DNA of 64,000 bases from Eledone cirrhosa (lineage: Eukaryota). The stretch is taken from NCBI GenBank assembly GCA_964016885.1, contig OZ024745.1, forward strand, positions 3,286,001 to 3,350,000, in the 5' to 3' direction. Shown in pieces: positions 14,331 to 27,500 of the stretch (position 1 is its first letter; each line of letters opens with the position of its first letter). Below the pieces are notes generated by a model, which worked only from the letters and a program-made list of their open reading frames with translations, did no database searches and was not told the DNA's origin. The translations under genes and the position numbers were made by a program.

Positions 14331-17300
14331 CCCATCTGTCCTTTAGTCCACCTTCTCCCACCTGTCCTTTAGTCCACCTTCTCCCATCTGTCCTTTAGTC
14401 CACCTTCTCCCACCTGTCCTTTAGTCCACCTTCTCCCATCTGTCCTTTAGTCTACCATCTCCCACCTGTCCTTTAGTCCACCTTCTCCCATCTGTCCTTT
14501 AGTCCACCTTCTCCCACCTGTCCTTTAGTCCACCTTCTCCCATCTGTCCTTTAGTCCACCTTCTCCCACCTGTCCTTTAGTCCACCTTCTCCCATCTGTC
14601 CTTTAGTCCACCTTCTCCCACCTGTCCTTTAGTCCACCTTCTCCCATCTGTCCTTTAGTCTACCATCTCCCACCTGTCCTTTAGTCCACCTTCTCCCATC
14701 TGTCCTTTAGTCCACCTTCTCCAACCTGTCCTTTAGTCCACCTTCTCCCATCTGTCCTTTAGTCTACCATCTCCCACCTGTCCTTTAGTCCACCTTCTCC
14801 CATCTGTCCTTTAGTCCACCTTCTCCCACCTGTCCTTTAGTCCACCTTCTCCCATCTGTCCTTTAGTCCACCTTCTCCCACCTGTCCTTTAGTCCACCTT
14901 CTCCCATCTGTCCTTTAGTCCACCTTCTCCCACCTGTCCTTTAGTCCACCTTCTCCCATCTGTCCTTTAGTCTACCATCTCCCACCTGTCCTTTAGTCCA
15001 CCTTCTCCCATCTGTCCTTTAGTCCACCTTCTCCAACCTGTCCTTTAGTCCACCTTCTCCCATCTGTCCTTTAGTCTACCATCTCCCACCTGTCCTTTAG
15101 TCCACCTTCTCCCATCTGTCCTTTAGTCCACCTTCTCCCACCTGTCCTTTAGTCCACCTTCTCCCATCTGTCCTTTAGTCCACCTTCTCCCACCTGTCCT
15201 TTAGTCCACCTTCTCCCATCTGTCCTTTAGTCCACCTTCTCCCACCTGTCCTTTAGTCCACCTTCTCCCATCTGTCCTTTAGTCTACCATCTCCCACCTG
15301 TCCTTTAGTCCACCTTCTCCCACCTGTCCTTTAGTCCACCTTCTCCAACCTGTCCTTTAGTCCACCTTCTCCCATCTGTCCTTTAGTCTACCATCTCCCA
15401 CCTGTCCTTTAGTCCACCTTCTCCCACCTGTCCTTTAGTCCACCTTCTCCAACCTGTCCTTTAGTCCACCTTCTCCCATCTGTCCTTTAGTCTACCATCT
15501 CCCACCTGTCCTTTAGTCCACCTTCTCCCATCTGTCCTTTAGTCCACCTTCTCCCACCTGTCCTTTAGTCCACCTTCTCCCATCTGTCCTTTAGTCTACC
15601 ATCTCCCACCTATCCTTTAGTCTACCATCTCCCACCTGTCCTTTAGTCCACCTTCTCCCACCTGTCCTTTAGTCCACCTTCTCCAACCTGTCCTTTAGTC
15701 CACCTTCTCCCATCTGTCCTTTAGTCCACCTTCTCCCACCTGTCCTTTAGTCCACCTTCTCCCACCTGTCCTTTAGTCCACCTTCTCCCATCTGTCCTTT
15801 AGTCCACCTTCTCCCACCTGTCCTTTAGTCCACCTTCTCCCACCTGTCCTTTAGTCTACCATCTCCCACCTGTCCTTTAGTCCACCTTCTCCCATCTGTC
15901 CTTTAGTCCACCTTCTCCCACCTGTCCTTTAGTCTACCATCTCCCACCTGTCCTTTAGTCCACCTTCTCCCACCTGTCCTTTAGTCTACCATCTCCCACC
16001 TGTCCTTTATTCCACCTTCTCCCATCTGTCCTTTAGTCCACCTTCTCCCACCTGTCCTTTAGTCTACCATCTCCCACCTGTCCTTTAGTCCACCTTCTCC
16101 CATCTGTCCTTTAGTCCACCTTCTCCCACCTGTCCTTTAGTCTACCATCTCCCACCTGTCCTTTAGTCCACCTTCTCCCACCTGTCCTTTAGTCTACCAT
16201 CTCCCACCTGTCCTTTATTCCACCTTCTCCCATCTGTCCTTTAGTCCACCTTCTCCCACCTGTCCTTTAGTCTACCATCTCCCACCTGTCCTTTAGTCCA
16301 CCTTCTCCCATCTGTCCTTTAGTCCACCTTCTCCCACCTGTCCTTTAGTCCACCTTCTCCAACCTGTCCTTTAGTCCACCTTCTCCCACCTGTCCTTTAG
16401 TCCACCTTCTCCCATCTGTCCTTTAGTCTACCATCTCCCACCTGTCCTTTAGTCCACCTTCTCCCACCTGTCCTTTAGTCCACCTTCTCCCACCTGTCCT
16501 TTAGTCCACCTTCTCCAACCTGTCCTTTAGTCCACCTTCTCCCATCTGTCCTTTAGTCCACCTTCTCCCACCTGTCCTTTAGTCCACCTTCTCCCACCTG
16601 TCCTTTAGTCCACCTTCTCCCATCTGTCCTTTAGTCCACCTTCTCCCACCTGTCCTTTAGTCCACCTTCTCCCACCTGTCCTTTAGTCTACCATCTCCCA
16701 CCTGTCCTTTAGTCCACCTTCTCCCATCTGTCCTTTAGTCCACCTTCTCCCACCTGTCCTTTAGTCTACCATCTCCCACCTGTCCTTTAGTCCACCTTCT
16801 CCCACCTGTCCTTTAGCCCACCTTCTCCCACCTGTCCTTTAGTCTACCATCTCCCACCTGTCCTTTAGTCCACCTTCTCCCACCTGTCCTTTAGCCCACC
16901 TTCTCCCACCTGTCCTTTAGTCTACCATCTCCCACCTGTCCTTTAGTCTACCATCTCCCACCTGTCCTTTAGTCCACCTTCTCCCATCTGTCCTTTAGTC
17001 CACCTTCTCCCACCTGTCCTTTAGTCTACCATCTCCCACCTGTCCTTTAGTCCACCTTCTCCCACCTGTCCTTTAGCCCACCTTCTCCCACCTGTCCTTT
17101 AGTCTACCATCTCCCACCTGTCCTTTAGTCTACCATCTCCCACCTGTCCTTTAGTCCACCTTCTCCCACCTGTCCTTTAGCCCACCTTCTCCCACCTGTC
17201 CTTTAGTCTACCATCTCCCACCTGTCCTTTAGTCCACCTTCTCCCACCTGTCCTTTAGCCCACCTTCTCCCACCTGTCCTTTAGTCTACCATCTCCCACC

Positions 17301-18489
17301 TGTCCTTTAGTCTACCATCTCCCACCTGTCCTTTAGTCCACCTTCTCCCATCTGTCCTTTAGTCCACCTTCTCCCACCTGTCCTTTAGTCTACCATCTCC
17401 CACCTGTCCTTTAGTCCACCTTCTCCCACCTGTCCTTTAGCCCACCTTCTCCCACCTGTCCTTTAGTCCACCTTCTCCCACCTGTCCTTTAGTCTACCAT
17501 CTCCCACCTGTCCTTTATTCCACCTTCTCCCATCTGTCCTTTAGTCCACCTTCTCCCACCTGTCCTTTAGTCTACCATCTCCCACCTGTCCTTTAGTCCA
17601 CCTTCTCCCATCTGTCCTTTAGTCCACCTTCTCCCACCTGTCCTTTAGTCTACCATCTCCCACCTGTCCTTTAGTCCACCTTCTCCCACCTGTCCTTTAG
17701 TCTACCATCTCCCACCTGTCCTTTATTCCACCTTCTCCCATCTGTCCTTTAGTCCACCTTCTCCCACCTGTCCTTTAGTCCACCTTCTCCCACCTGTCCT
17801 TTAGACTACCATCTCCCACCTGTCCTTTAGTCCACCTTCTCCCATCTGTCCTTTAGTCCACCTTCTCCCACCTGTCCTTTAGTCTACCATCTCCCACCTG
17901 TCCTTTAGTCCACCTTCTCCCACCTGTCCTTTAGTCTACCATCTCCCACCTGTCCTTTATTCCACCTTCTCCCATCTGTCCTTTAGTCCACCTTCTCCCA
18001 CCTGTCCTTTAGTCCACCTTCTCCCACCTGTCCTTTAGTCCACCTTCTCCCATCTGTCCTTTAGTCCACCTTCTCCCACCTGTCCTTTAGTCTACCATCT
18101 CCCACCTGTCCTTTAGTCTACCATCTCCCACCTGTCCTTTATTCCACCTTCTCCCATCTGTCCTTTAGTCCACCTTCTCCCACCTGTCCTTTAGTCTACC
18201 ATCTCCCACCTGTCCTTTAGTCCACCTTCTCCAACCTGTCCTTTAGTCCACCTTCTCCCACCTGTCCTTTAGTCCACCTTCTCCCACCTGTCCTTTAGTC
18301 CACCTTCTCCCACCTGTCCTTTAGTCCTCCTTCTCCCACCTGTCCTTTATTCCACCTTCTCCCATCTGTCCTTTAGTCCACCTTCTCCCACCTGTCCTTT
18401 AGTCTACCATCTCCCACCTGTCCTTTAGTCCACCTTCTCCCACCTGTCCTTTAGTCCACCTTCTCCCGCCTGTCCTTTAGTCCACCTTC

Positions 18490-20316
18490 TCCCACCTGTC
18501 CTTTAGTCCACCATCTCCCACCTGTCCTTTAGTCCACCTTCTCCCACCTGTCCTTTAGTCCACCTTCTCCCGCCTGTCCTTTAGTCCACCTTCTCCCACC
18601 TGTCCTTTAGTCCACCATCTCCCACCTGTCCTTTACTCCACCTTCTCCCACCTGTCCTTTAGTCTACCATCTCCCACCTGTCCTTTAGTCCACCTTCTCC
18701 CACCTGTCCTTTACTCCACCTTCTCCCACCTGTCCTTTAGTCTACCATCTCCCACCTGTCCTTTAGTCCACCTTCTCCCACCTGTCCTTTAGTCCACCTT
18801 CTCCCACCTGTCCTTTAGTCCACCATCTCCCACCTGCCCTTTACTCCACCTTCTCCCACCTGTCCTTTAGTCTACCATCTCCCACCTGTCCTTTAGTCCA
18901 CCTTCTCCCACCTGTCCTTTACTCCACCTTCTCCCACCTGTCCTTTAGTCTACCATCTCCCACCTGTCCTTTAGTCCACCTTCTCCCACCTGTCCTTTAC
19001 TCCACCTTCTCCCACCTGTCCTTTAGTCTACCATCTCCCACCTGTCCTTTAGTCCACCTTCACCCACCTGTCCTTTAGTCCACCATCTCCCGCCTGTCCT
19101 TTAGTCCACCTTCTCCCATCTGTCCTTTAGTCCACCTTCTCCCACCTGTCCTTTAGTCCACCTTTTCCCACCTGTCCTTTAGTCCACCTTCTCCCATCTG
19201 TCCTTTAGTCCACCTTCTCCCACCTGTCCTTTAGTCCACCTTTTCCCACCTGTCCTTTAGTCTACCATCTCCCACCTGTCCTTTAGTCCATCTCCCACCT
19301 GTCCTTTAGTCCACCTTTTCCCACCTGTCCTTTAGTCTACCATCTCCCACCTGTCCTTTAGTCCATCTCCCACCTGTCCTTTAGTCCACCTTTTCCCACC
19401 TGTCCTTTAGTCCACCATCTCCCACCTGTCCTTTAGTCCACCTTCTCCCACCTGTCCTTTAGTCCACCTTCTCCCGCCTGTCCTTTAGTCCACCTTCTCC
19501 CACCTGTCCTTTAGTCCACCATCTCCCACCTGTCCTTTACTCCACCTTCTCCCACCTGTCCTTTAGTCTACCATCTCCCACCTGTCCTTTAGTCCACCTT
19601 CTCCCACCTGTCCTTTACTCCACCTTCTCCCACCTGTCCTTTAGTCTACCATCTCCCACCTGTCCTTTAGTCCACCTTCTCCCACCTGTCCTTTAGTCCA
19701 CCTTCTCCCACCTGTCCTTTAGTCCACCATCTCCCACCTGCCCTTTACTCCACCTTCTCCCACCTGTCCTTTAGTCTACCATCTCCCACCTGTCCTTTAG
19801 TCCACCTTCTCCCACCTGTCCTTTACTCCACCTTCTCCCACCTGTCCTTTAGTCTACCATCTCCCACCTGTCCTTTAGTCCACCTTCTCCCACCTGTCCT
19901 TTACTCCACCTTCTCCCACCTGTCCTTTAGTCTACCATCTCCCACCTGTCCTTTAGTCCACCTTCACCCACCTGTCCTTTAGTCCACCATCTCCCGCCTG
20001 TCCTTTAGTCCACCTTCTCCCATCTGTCCTTTAGTCCACCTTCTCCCACCTGTCCTTTAGTCCACCTTTTCCCACCTGTCCTTTAGTCCACCTTCTCCCA
20101 TCTGTCCTTTAGTCCACCTTCTCCCACCTGTCCTTTAGTCCACCTTTTCCCACCTGTCCTTTAGTCTACCATCTCCCACCTGTCCTTTAGTCCATCTCCC
20201 ACCTGTCCTTTAGTCCACCTTTTCCCACCTGTCCTTTAGTCTACCATCTCCCACCTGTCCTTTAGTCCATCTCCCACCTGTCCTTTAGTCCACCTTTTCC
20301 CACCTGTCCTTTAGTC
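18490..20316. repeat. 904-bp tandem duplication (35 monomers, two with 3-bp deletions)
   Basis: CCCGCC 18572/19476, CTGCCC 18837/19741 and TTCACCC 19062/19966 are all offset by 904 = 35x26-6. Confidence 0.9.
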
Positions 20317-20489
20317 TACCATCTCCCACCTGTCCTTTAGTCCATCTCCCACCTGTCCTTTAGTCCACCTTTTCCCACCTGTCCTTTAGTCCACCTTCTC
20401 CCACCTGTCCTTTAGTCCACCTTTTCCCACCTGTCCTTTAGTCTACCATCTCCCACCTGTCCTTTAGTCCACCATCTCCCACCTGCCCT

Positions 20490-21580
20490 TTACTCCACCT
20501 TCTCCCACCTGTCCTTTAGTCCACCATCTCCCACCTGTCCTTTAGTCCACCTTCTCCCACCTGTCCTTTAGTCCACCTTTTCCCACCTGTCCTTTAGTCC
20601 ACCATCTCCCACCTGTCCTTTACTCCACCTACTCCCACCTGTCCTTTAGTCCACCATCTCCCACCTGTCCTTTAGTCCACCATCTCCCACCTGTCCTTTA
20701 CTCCACCATCTCCCACCTGCCCTTTACTCCACCTTCTCCCACCTGTCCTTTAGTCCACCATCTCCCACCTGTCCTTTAGTCCACCATCTCCCACCTGTCC
20801 TTTAGTCCACCTTCTCCCACCTGTCCTTTAGTCCACCATCTCCCACCTGTCCTTTAGTCCACCATCTCCCACCTGTCCTTTAGTCCACCTTCTCCCACCT
20901 GTCCTTTAGTCCACCATCTCCCACCTGTCCTTTAGTCCACCATCTCCCACCTGTCCTTTAGTCCACCTTCTCCCACCTGTCCTTTAGTCCACCATCTCCC
21001 ACCTGTCCTTTAGTCCACCTTCTCCCACCTGTCCTTTAGTCCACCATCTCCCACCTGTCCTTTAGTCCACCTTCTCCCACCTGTCCTTTAGTCCACCTTC
21101 TCCCACCTGTCCTTTAGTCCACCTTCTCCCACCTGTCCTTTAGTCCACCATCTCCCACCTGTCCTTTAGTCCACCATCTCCCACCTGTCCTTTAGTCCAC
21201 CTTCTCCCACCTGTCCTTTAGTCCACCATCTCCCACCTGTCCTTTAGTCCACCTTCTCCCACCTGTCCTTTAGTCCACCTTTTCCCACCTGTCCTTTAGT
21301 CCACCATCTCCCACCTGTCCTTTACTCCACCTACTCCCACCTGTCCTTTAGTCCACCATCTCCCACCTGTCCTTTAGTCCACCATCTCCCACCTGTCCTT
21401 TACTCCACCATCTCCCACCTGCCCTTTACTCCACCTTCTCCCACCTGTCCTTTAGTCCACCATCTCCCACCTGTCCTTTAGTCCACCATCTCCCACCTGT
21501 CCTTTAGTCCACCTTCTCCCACCTGTCCTTTAGTCCACCATCTCCCACCTGTCCTTTAGTCCACCATCTCCCACCTGTCC
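20490..21580. repeat. 702-bp (27-monomer) partial tandem duplication in a B-rich domain
   Basis: CCTACTCCC at 20631/21333 and CTGCCC at 20720/21422 are offset by 702. Confidence 0.8.
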
Positions 21581-24500
21581 TTTAGTCCACCATCTCCCAC
21601 CTGTCCTTTAGTCCACCATCTCCCACCTGTCCTTTAGTCCACCTTCTCCCACCTGTCCTTTAGTCCACCTTCTCCCACCTGTCCTTTACTCCACCTACTC
21701 CCACCTGTCCTTTAGTCCACCATCTCCCACCTGTCCTTTAGTCCACCTTCTCCCACCTGTCCTTTAGTCCACCTTCTCCCACCTGTCCTTTAGTCCTCCT
21801 TCTCCCACCTGTCCTTTAGTCTACCATCTCCCACCTGTCCTTTAGTCCACCTTCTCCCACCTGTCCTTTAGTCCTCCATCTCCCACCTGTCCTTTAGTCC
21901 ACCTTCTCCTACCTGTCCTTTAGTCCTCCTTCTCCCACCTGTCCTTTAGTCCACCATCTCCCACCTGTCCTTTAGTCCACCTTCTCCCACCTGTCCTTTA
22001 GTCCTCCTTCTCCCACCTGTCCTTTAGTCCACCTTCTCCCACCTGTCCTTTAGTCCACCTTCTCCCACCTGTCCTTTAGTCCACCTTCTCCCACCTGTCC
22101 TTTAGTCCACCTTCTCCCACCTGTCCTTTAGTCCACCTTCTCCCACCTGTCCTTTAGTCCTCCTTCTCCCACCTGTCCTTTAGTCCACCTTCTCCCACCT
22201 GTCCTTTAGTCCACCTTCTCCCACCTGTCCTTTAGTCCTCCTTCTCCCACCTGTCCTTTAGTCCACCTTCTCCCACCTGTCCTTTAGTCCACCTTCTCCC
22301 ACCTCTCCTTTAGTCCACCTTCTCCCACCTGTCCTTTAGTCCTCCTTCTCCCACCTGTCCTTTAGTCTACCATCTCCCACCTGTCCTTTAGTCCACCTTC
22401 TCCCACCTGTCCTTTAGTCCACCATCTCCCACCTGTCCTTTCTCCACCTTCTCCCACCTCTCCTTTAGTCCACCTTCTCCAACCTGTCCTTTAGTCCACC
22501 TTCTGCCACCTGTCCTTTAGTCCACCTTCTCCCACCTGTCCTTTAGTCCACCTTCTCCCACCTGTCCTTTAGTCTACCATCTCCCACCTGTCCTTTAGTC
22601 CACCTTCTCCCACCTGTCCTTTAGTCCACCTTCTCCCACCTTCCTTTAGTCCACCATCTCCCACCTGTCCTTTACTCCACCTTCTCCCACCTGTCCTTTA
22701 GTCTACCATCTCCCACCTGTCCTTTAGTCCACCTTCTCCCACCTGTCCTTTAGTCCACCTTCTCCCACCTGTCCTTTAGTCCACCTTCTCCCACCTGTCC
22801 TTTAGTCTACCATCTCCCACCTGTCCTTTAGTCCACCTTCTCCCACCTGTCCTTTAGTCCACCTTCTCCCACCTGTCCTTTACTCCACCTTCTCCCACCT
22901 GTCCTTTAGTCTACCATCTCCCACCTCTCCTTTAGTCCACCTTCTCCAACCTGTCCTTTAGTCCACCTTCTCCCACCTGTCCTTTAGTCCACCTTCTCCC
23001 ACCTGTCCTTTAGTCTACCATCTCCCACCTGTCCTTTAGTCCACCTTCTCCCACCTGTCCTTTAGTCCACCTTCTCCCACCTGTCCTTTAGTCCACCATC
23101 TCCCACCTGTCCTTTCTCCACCTTCTCCCACCTGTCCTTTAGTCTACCATCTCCCACCTGTCCTTTAGTCCACCTTCTCCCACCTGTCCTTTAGTCCACC
23201 TTCTCCCACCTGTCCTTTAGTCTACCATCTCCCACCTGTCCTTTAGTCCACCTTCTCCCACCTGTCCTTTAGTCCACCATCTCCCACCTGTCCTTTAGTC
23301 CACCTTCTCCCACCTGTCCTTTAGTCCACCTTCTCCCACCTGTCCTTTAGTCCACCATCTCCCACCTGTCCTTTACTCCACCTTCTCCCACCTGTCCTTT
23401 AGTCTACCATCTCCCACCTGTCCTTTAGTCCACCTTCTCCCACCTGTCCTTTAGTCTACCATCTCCCACCTGTCCTTTAGTCCACCTTCTCCCACCTGTC
23501 CTTTAGTCCACCATCTCCCACCTGTTCTTTCTCCACCTTCTCCCACCTGTCCTTTAGTCTACCATCTCCCACCTGTCCTTTAGTCCACCTTCTCCCACCT
23601 GTCCTTTAGTCCACCTTCTCCCACCTGTCCTTTAGTCCACCATCTCCCACCTGTCCTTTCTCCACCTTCCCCACCTGTCCTTTAGTCTACCATCTCCCAC
23701 CTGTCCTTTAGTCCACCTTCTCCCACCTGTCCTTTAGTCCACCTTCTCCCACCTGTCCTTTAGTCCACCTTCTCCCACCTGTCCTTTAGTCTACCATCTC
23801 CCACCTGTCCTTTAGTCCACCTTCTCCCACCTGTCCTTTAGTCCACCTTCTCCCACCTGTCCTTTAGTCCACCTTCTCCCACCTGTCCTTTACTCCACCT
23901 TCTCCCACCTGTCCTTTAGTCTACCTTCTCCCACCTGTCCTTTAGTCCACCTTCTCCCACCTGTCCTTTAGTCCACCTTCTCCCACCTGTCCTTTACTCC
24001 ACCATCTCCCACCTGTCCTTTAGTCCACCATCTCCCACCTGTCCTTTAGTCCACCTTCTCCCACCTGTCCTTTAGTCTACCATCTCCCACCTGTTCTTTA
24101 GTCCACCTTCTCCCACCTGTCCTTTAGTCCACCTTCTCCCACCTGTCCTTTAGTCCACCATCTCCCACCTGTCCTTTAGTCCACCATCTCCCACCTGTCC
24201 TTTAGTCCACCTTCTCCCACCTGTCATTTAGTCCACCTTCTCCCACCTGTCCTTTAGTCCACCTTCTCCCACCTGTCCTTTAGTCTACCATCTCCCACCT
24301 GTTCTTTAGTCCACCTTCTCCCACCTGTCCTTTAGTCTACCATCTCCCACATGTCCTTTAGTCCACCATCTCCCACCTGTCCTTTAGTCCACCATCTCCC
24401 ACATGTCCTTTAGTCCACCATCTCCCACCTGTCCTTTAGTCCACCATCTCGCACTGTCCTTTAGTCCACCATCTCGCACCTGTCCTTTAGTCCACCTTCT

Positions 24501-27500
24501 CCCACCTGTCCTTTAGTCCACCTTCTCCCACCTGTCCTTTAGTCCACCTTCTCCCACCTGTCCTTTAGTCTACCATCTCCCACCTGTCCTTTAGTCCACC
24601 TTGTCCCACCTGTCCTTTAGTCCACCTTCTCCCACCTGTTCTTTAGTCCACCTTCTCCCACCTGTCCTTTAGTCCACCTTCTCCCACCTGTCCTTTAGTC
24701 CTCCTTCTCCCACCTGTCCTTTAGTCTACCATCTCCCACCTGTCCTTTAGTCCACCTTTTCCCACCTGTCCTTTAGTCCACCTTCTCCCACCTGTCCTTT
24801 AGTCCACCATCTCCCACCTGTCCTTTAGTCCACCTTCTGCCACCTGTCCTTTAGTCCACCTTCTCCCACCTGTCCTTTAGTCCACCTTCTCCCACCTGTC
24901 CTTTAGTCTACCATCTCCCACCTGTCCTTTAGTCCACCATCTCCCACCTGTCCTTTAGTCCACCTTCTCCCACCTGTCCTTTAGTCCACCTTCTCCCACC
25001 TGTCCTTTAGTCTACCATCTCCCACCTGTCCTTTAGTCCACCTTCTCCCACCTGTCCTTTAGTCCACCTTCTCCCACCTTCCTTTAGTCCACCATCTCCC
25101 ACCTGTCCTTTACTCCACCTTCTCCCACCTGTCCTTTAGTCTACCATCTCCCACCTGTCCTTTAGTCCACCTTCTCCCACCTGTCCTTTAGTCCACCTTC
25201 TCCCACCTGTCCTTTAGTCTACCATCTCCCACCTGTCCTTTAGTCCACCTTCTCCCACCTGTCCTTTAGTCCACCTTCTCCCACCTTCCTTTAGTCCACC
25301 ATCTCCCACCTGTCCTTTACTCCACCTTCTCCCACCTGTCCTTTAGTCTACCATCTCCCACCTGTCCTTTAGTCCACCTTCTCCCACCTGTCCTTTAGTC
25401 CACCTTCTCCCACCTGTCCTTTAGCCCACCTTCTCCCACCTGTCCTTTAGTCTACCATCTCCCACCTGTCCTTTAGTCCACCATCTCCCACCTGTCCTTT
25501 AGTCCACCTTCTCCCACCTGTCCTTTAGTCCACCATCTCCCACCTGTCCTTTACTCCACCTTCTCCCACCTGTCCTTTAGTCTACCATCTCCCACCTGTC
25601 CTTTAGTCCACCTTCTCCCACCTGTCCTTTAGTCCACCTTCTCCCACCTGTCCTTTAGTCTACCATCTCCCACCTGTCCTTTAGTCCACCTTCTCCCACC
25701 TGTCCTTTAGTCCACCATCTCCCACCTGTCCTTTAGTCCACCTTCTCCCACCTGTCCTTTAGTCTACCATCTCCCACTGTGTCCTTTAGTCCACCTTCTC
25801 CCACCTGTCCTTTAGTCCACCATCTCTCACCTGTCCTTTAGTCCACCTTCTCCCACCTGTCCTTTAGTCCACCTTCTCCCACCTGTCCTTTAGTCCACCT
25901 TCTCCCACCTGTCCTTTAGTCCACCTTCTCCCACCTGTCCTTTAGTCCACCATCTCCCACCTGTCCTTTAGTCCACCTTCTCCCACCTGTCCTTTAGTCC
26001 ACCTTCTCCCACCTGTCCTTTAGTCCACCATCTCCCACCTGTCCTTTAGTCCACCATCTCCCACCTGTCCTTTAGTCCACCTTCTCCCACCTGTCCTTTA
26101 GTCCACCTTCTCCCACCTGTCCTTTAGTCCACCATCTCCCACCTGTCCTTTACTCCACCTTCTCCCACCTGTCCTTTAGTCTACCATCTCCCACCTGTCC
26201 TTTAGTCCACCTTCTCCCACCTGTCCTTTAGTCCACCTTCTCCCACCTGTCCTTTAGTCCACCTTCTCCCACCTGTCCTTTAGTCTACCATCTCCCACCT
26301 GTCCTTTAGTCTACCATCTCCCACCTGTCCTTTAGTCCACCTTCTCCCACCTGTCCTTTAGTCCACCTTCTCCTACCTGTCCTTTAGTCCACCTTCTCCC
26401 ACCTGTCCTTTACTCCACCTTCTCCCACCTGTCCTTTAGTCCACCTTCTCCCACCTGTCCTTTAGTCCACCTTCACCCACCTGTCCTTTAGTCTACCATC
26501 TCCCACCTGTCCTTTAGTCCATCTTCTCCCACCTGTCCTTTAGTCCACCTTCTCCCACCTGTCCTTTAGTCCACCTTCTCCCACCTGTCCTTTAGTCTAC
26601 CATCTCCCACCTGTTCTTTAGTCCACCTTCTCCCACCTGTCCTTTAGTCTACCATCTCCCACATGTCCTTTAGTCCACCATCTCCCACCTGTCCTTTAGT
26701 CCACCATCTCCCACATGTCCTTTAGTCCACCATCTCCCACCTGTCCTTTAGTCCACCATCTCGCACTGTCCTTTAGTCCACCATCTCGCACCTGTCCTTT
26801 AGTCCACCTTCTCCCACCTGTCCTTTAGTCCACCTTCTCCCACCTGTCCTTTAGTCCACCATCTCCCACCTGTCCTTTCTCCAGCTTCTCCCACCTGTCC
26901 TTTAGTCTACCATCTCCCACCTGTCCTTTAGTCCACCTTCTCCCACCTGTCCTTTAGTCCACCTTCTCCCACCTGTCCTTTAGTCCACCTTCTCCCACCT
27001 GTCCTTTAGTCTACCATCTCCCACCTGTCCTTTAGTCCACCTTGTCCCACCTGTCCTTTAGTCCACCTTCTCCCACCTGTTCTTTAGTCCACCTTCTCCC
27101 ACCTGTCCTTTACTCCACCTTCTCCCACCTGTCCTTTAGTCTACCATCTCCCACCTGTCCTTTAGTCCACCTTCTCCCACCTGTCCTTTAGTCCACCTTC
27201 TCCAACCTGTCCTTTAGTCCACCTTCTCCCATCTGTCCTTTAGTCTACCATCTCCCACCTGTCCTTTAGTCCACCTTCTCCCACCTGTCCTTTAGTCCAC
27301 CTTCTCCCACCTGTCCTTTAGTCCACCTTCTCCCACCTGTCCTTTAGTCTACCATCTCCCACCTGTCCTTTACTCCACCTTCTCCCACCTGTCCTTTAGT
27401 CTACCATCTCCCACCTGTCCTTTAGTCCACCTTCTCCCACCTGTATTTTAGTCCACCTTCTCCCACCTGTCCTTTAGTCTACCATCTCCCACCTGTCCTT

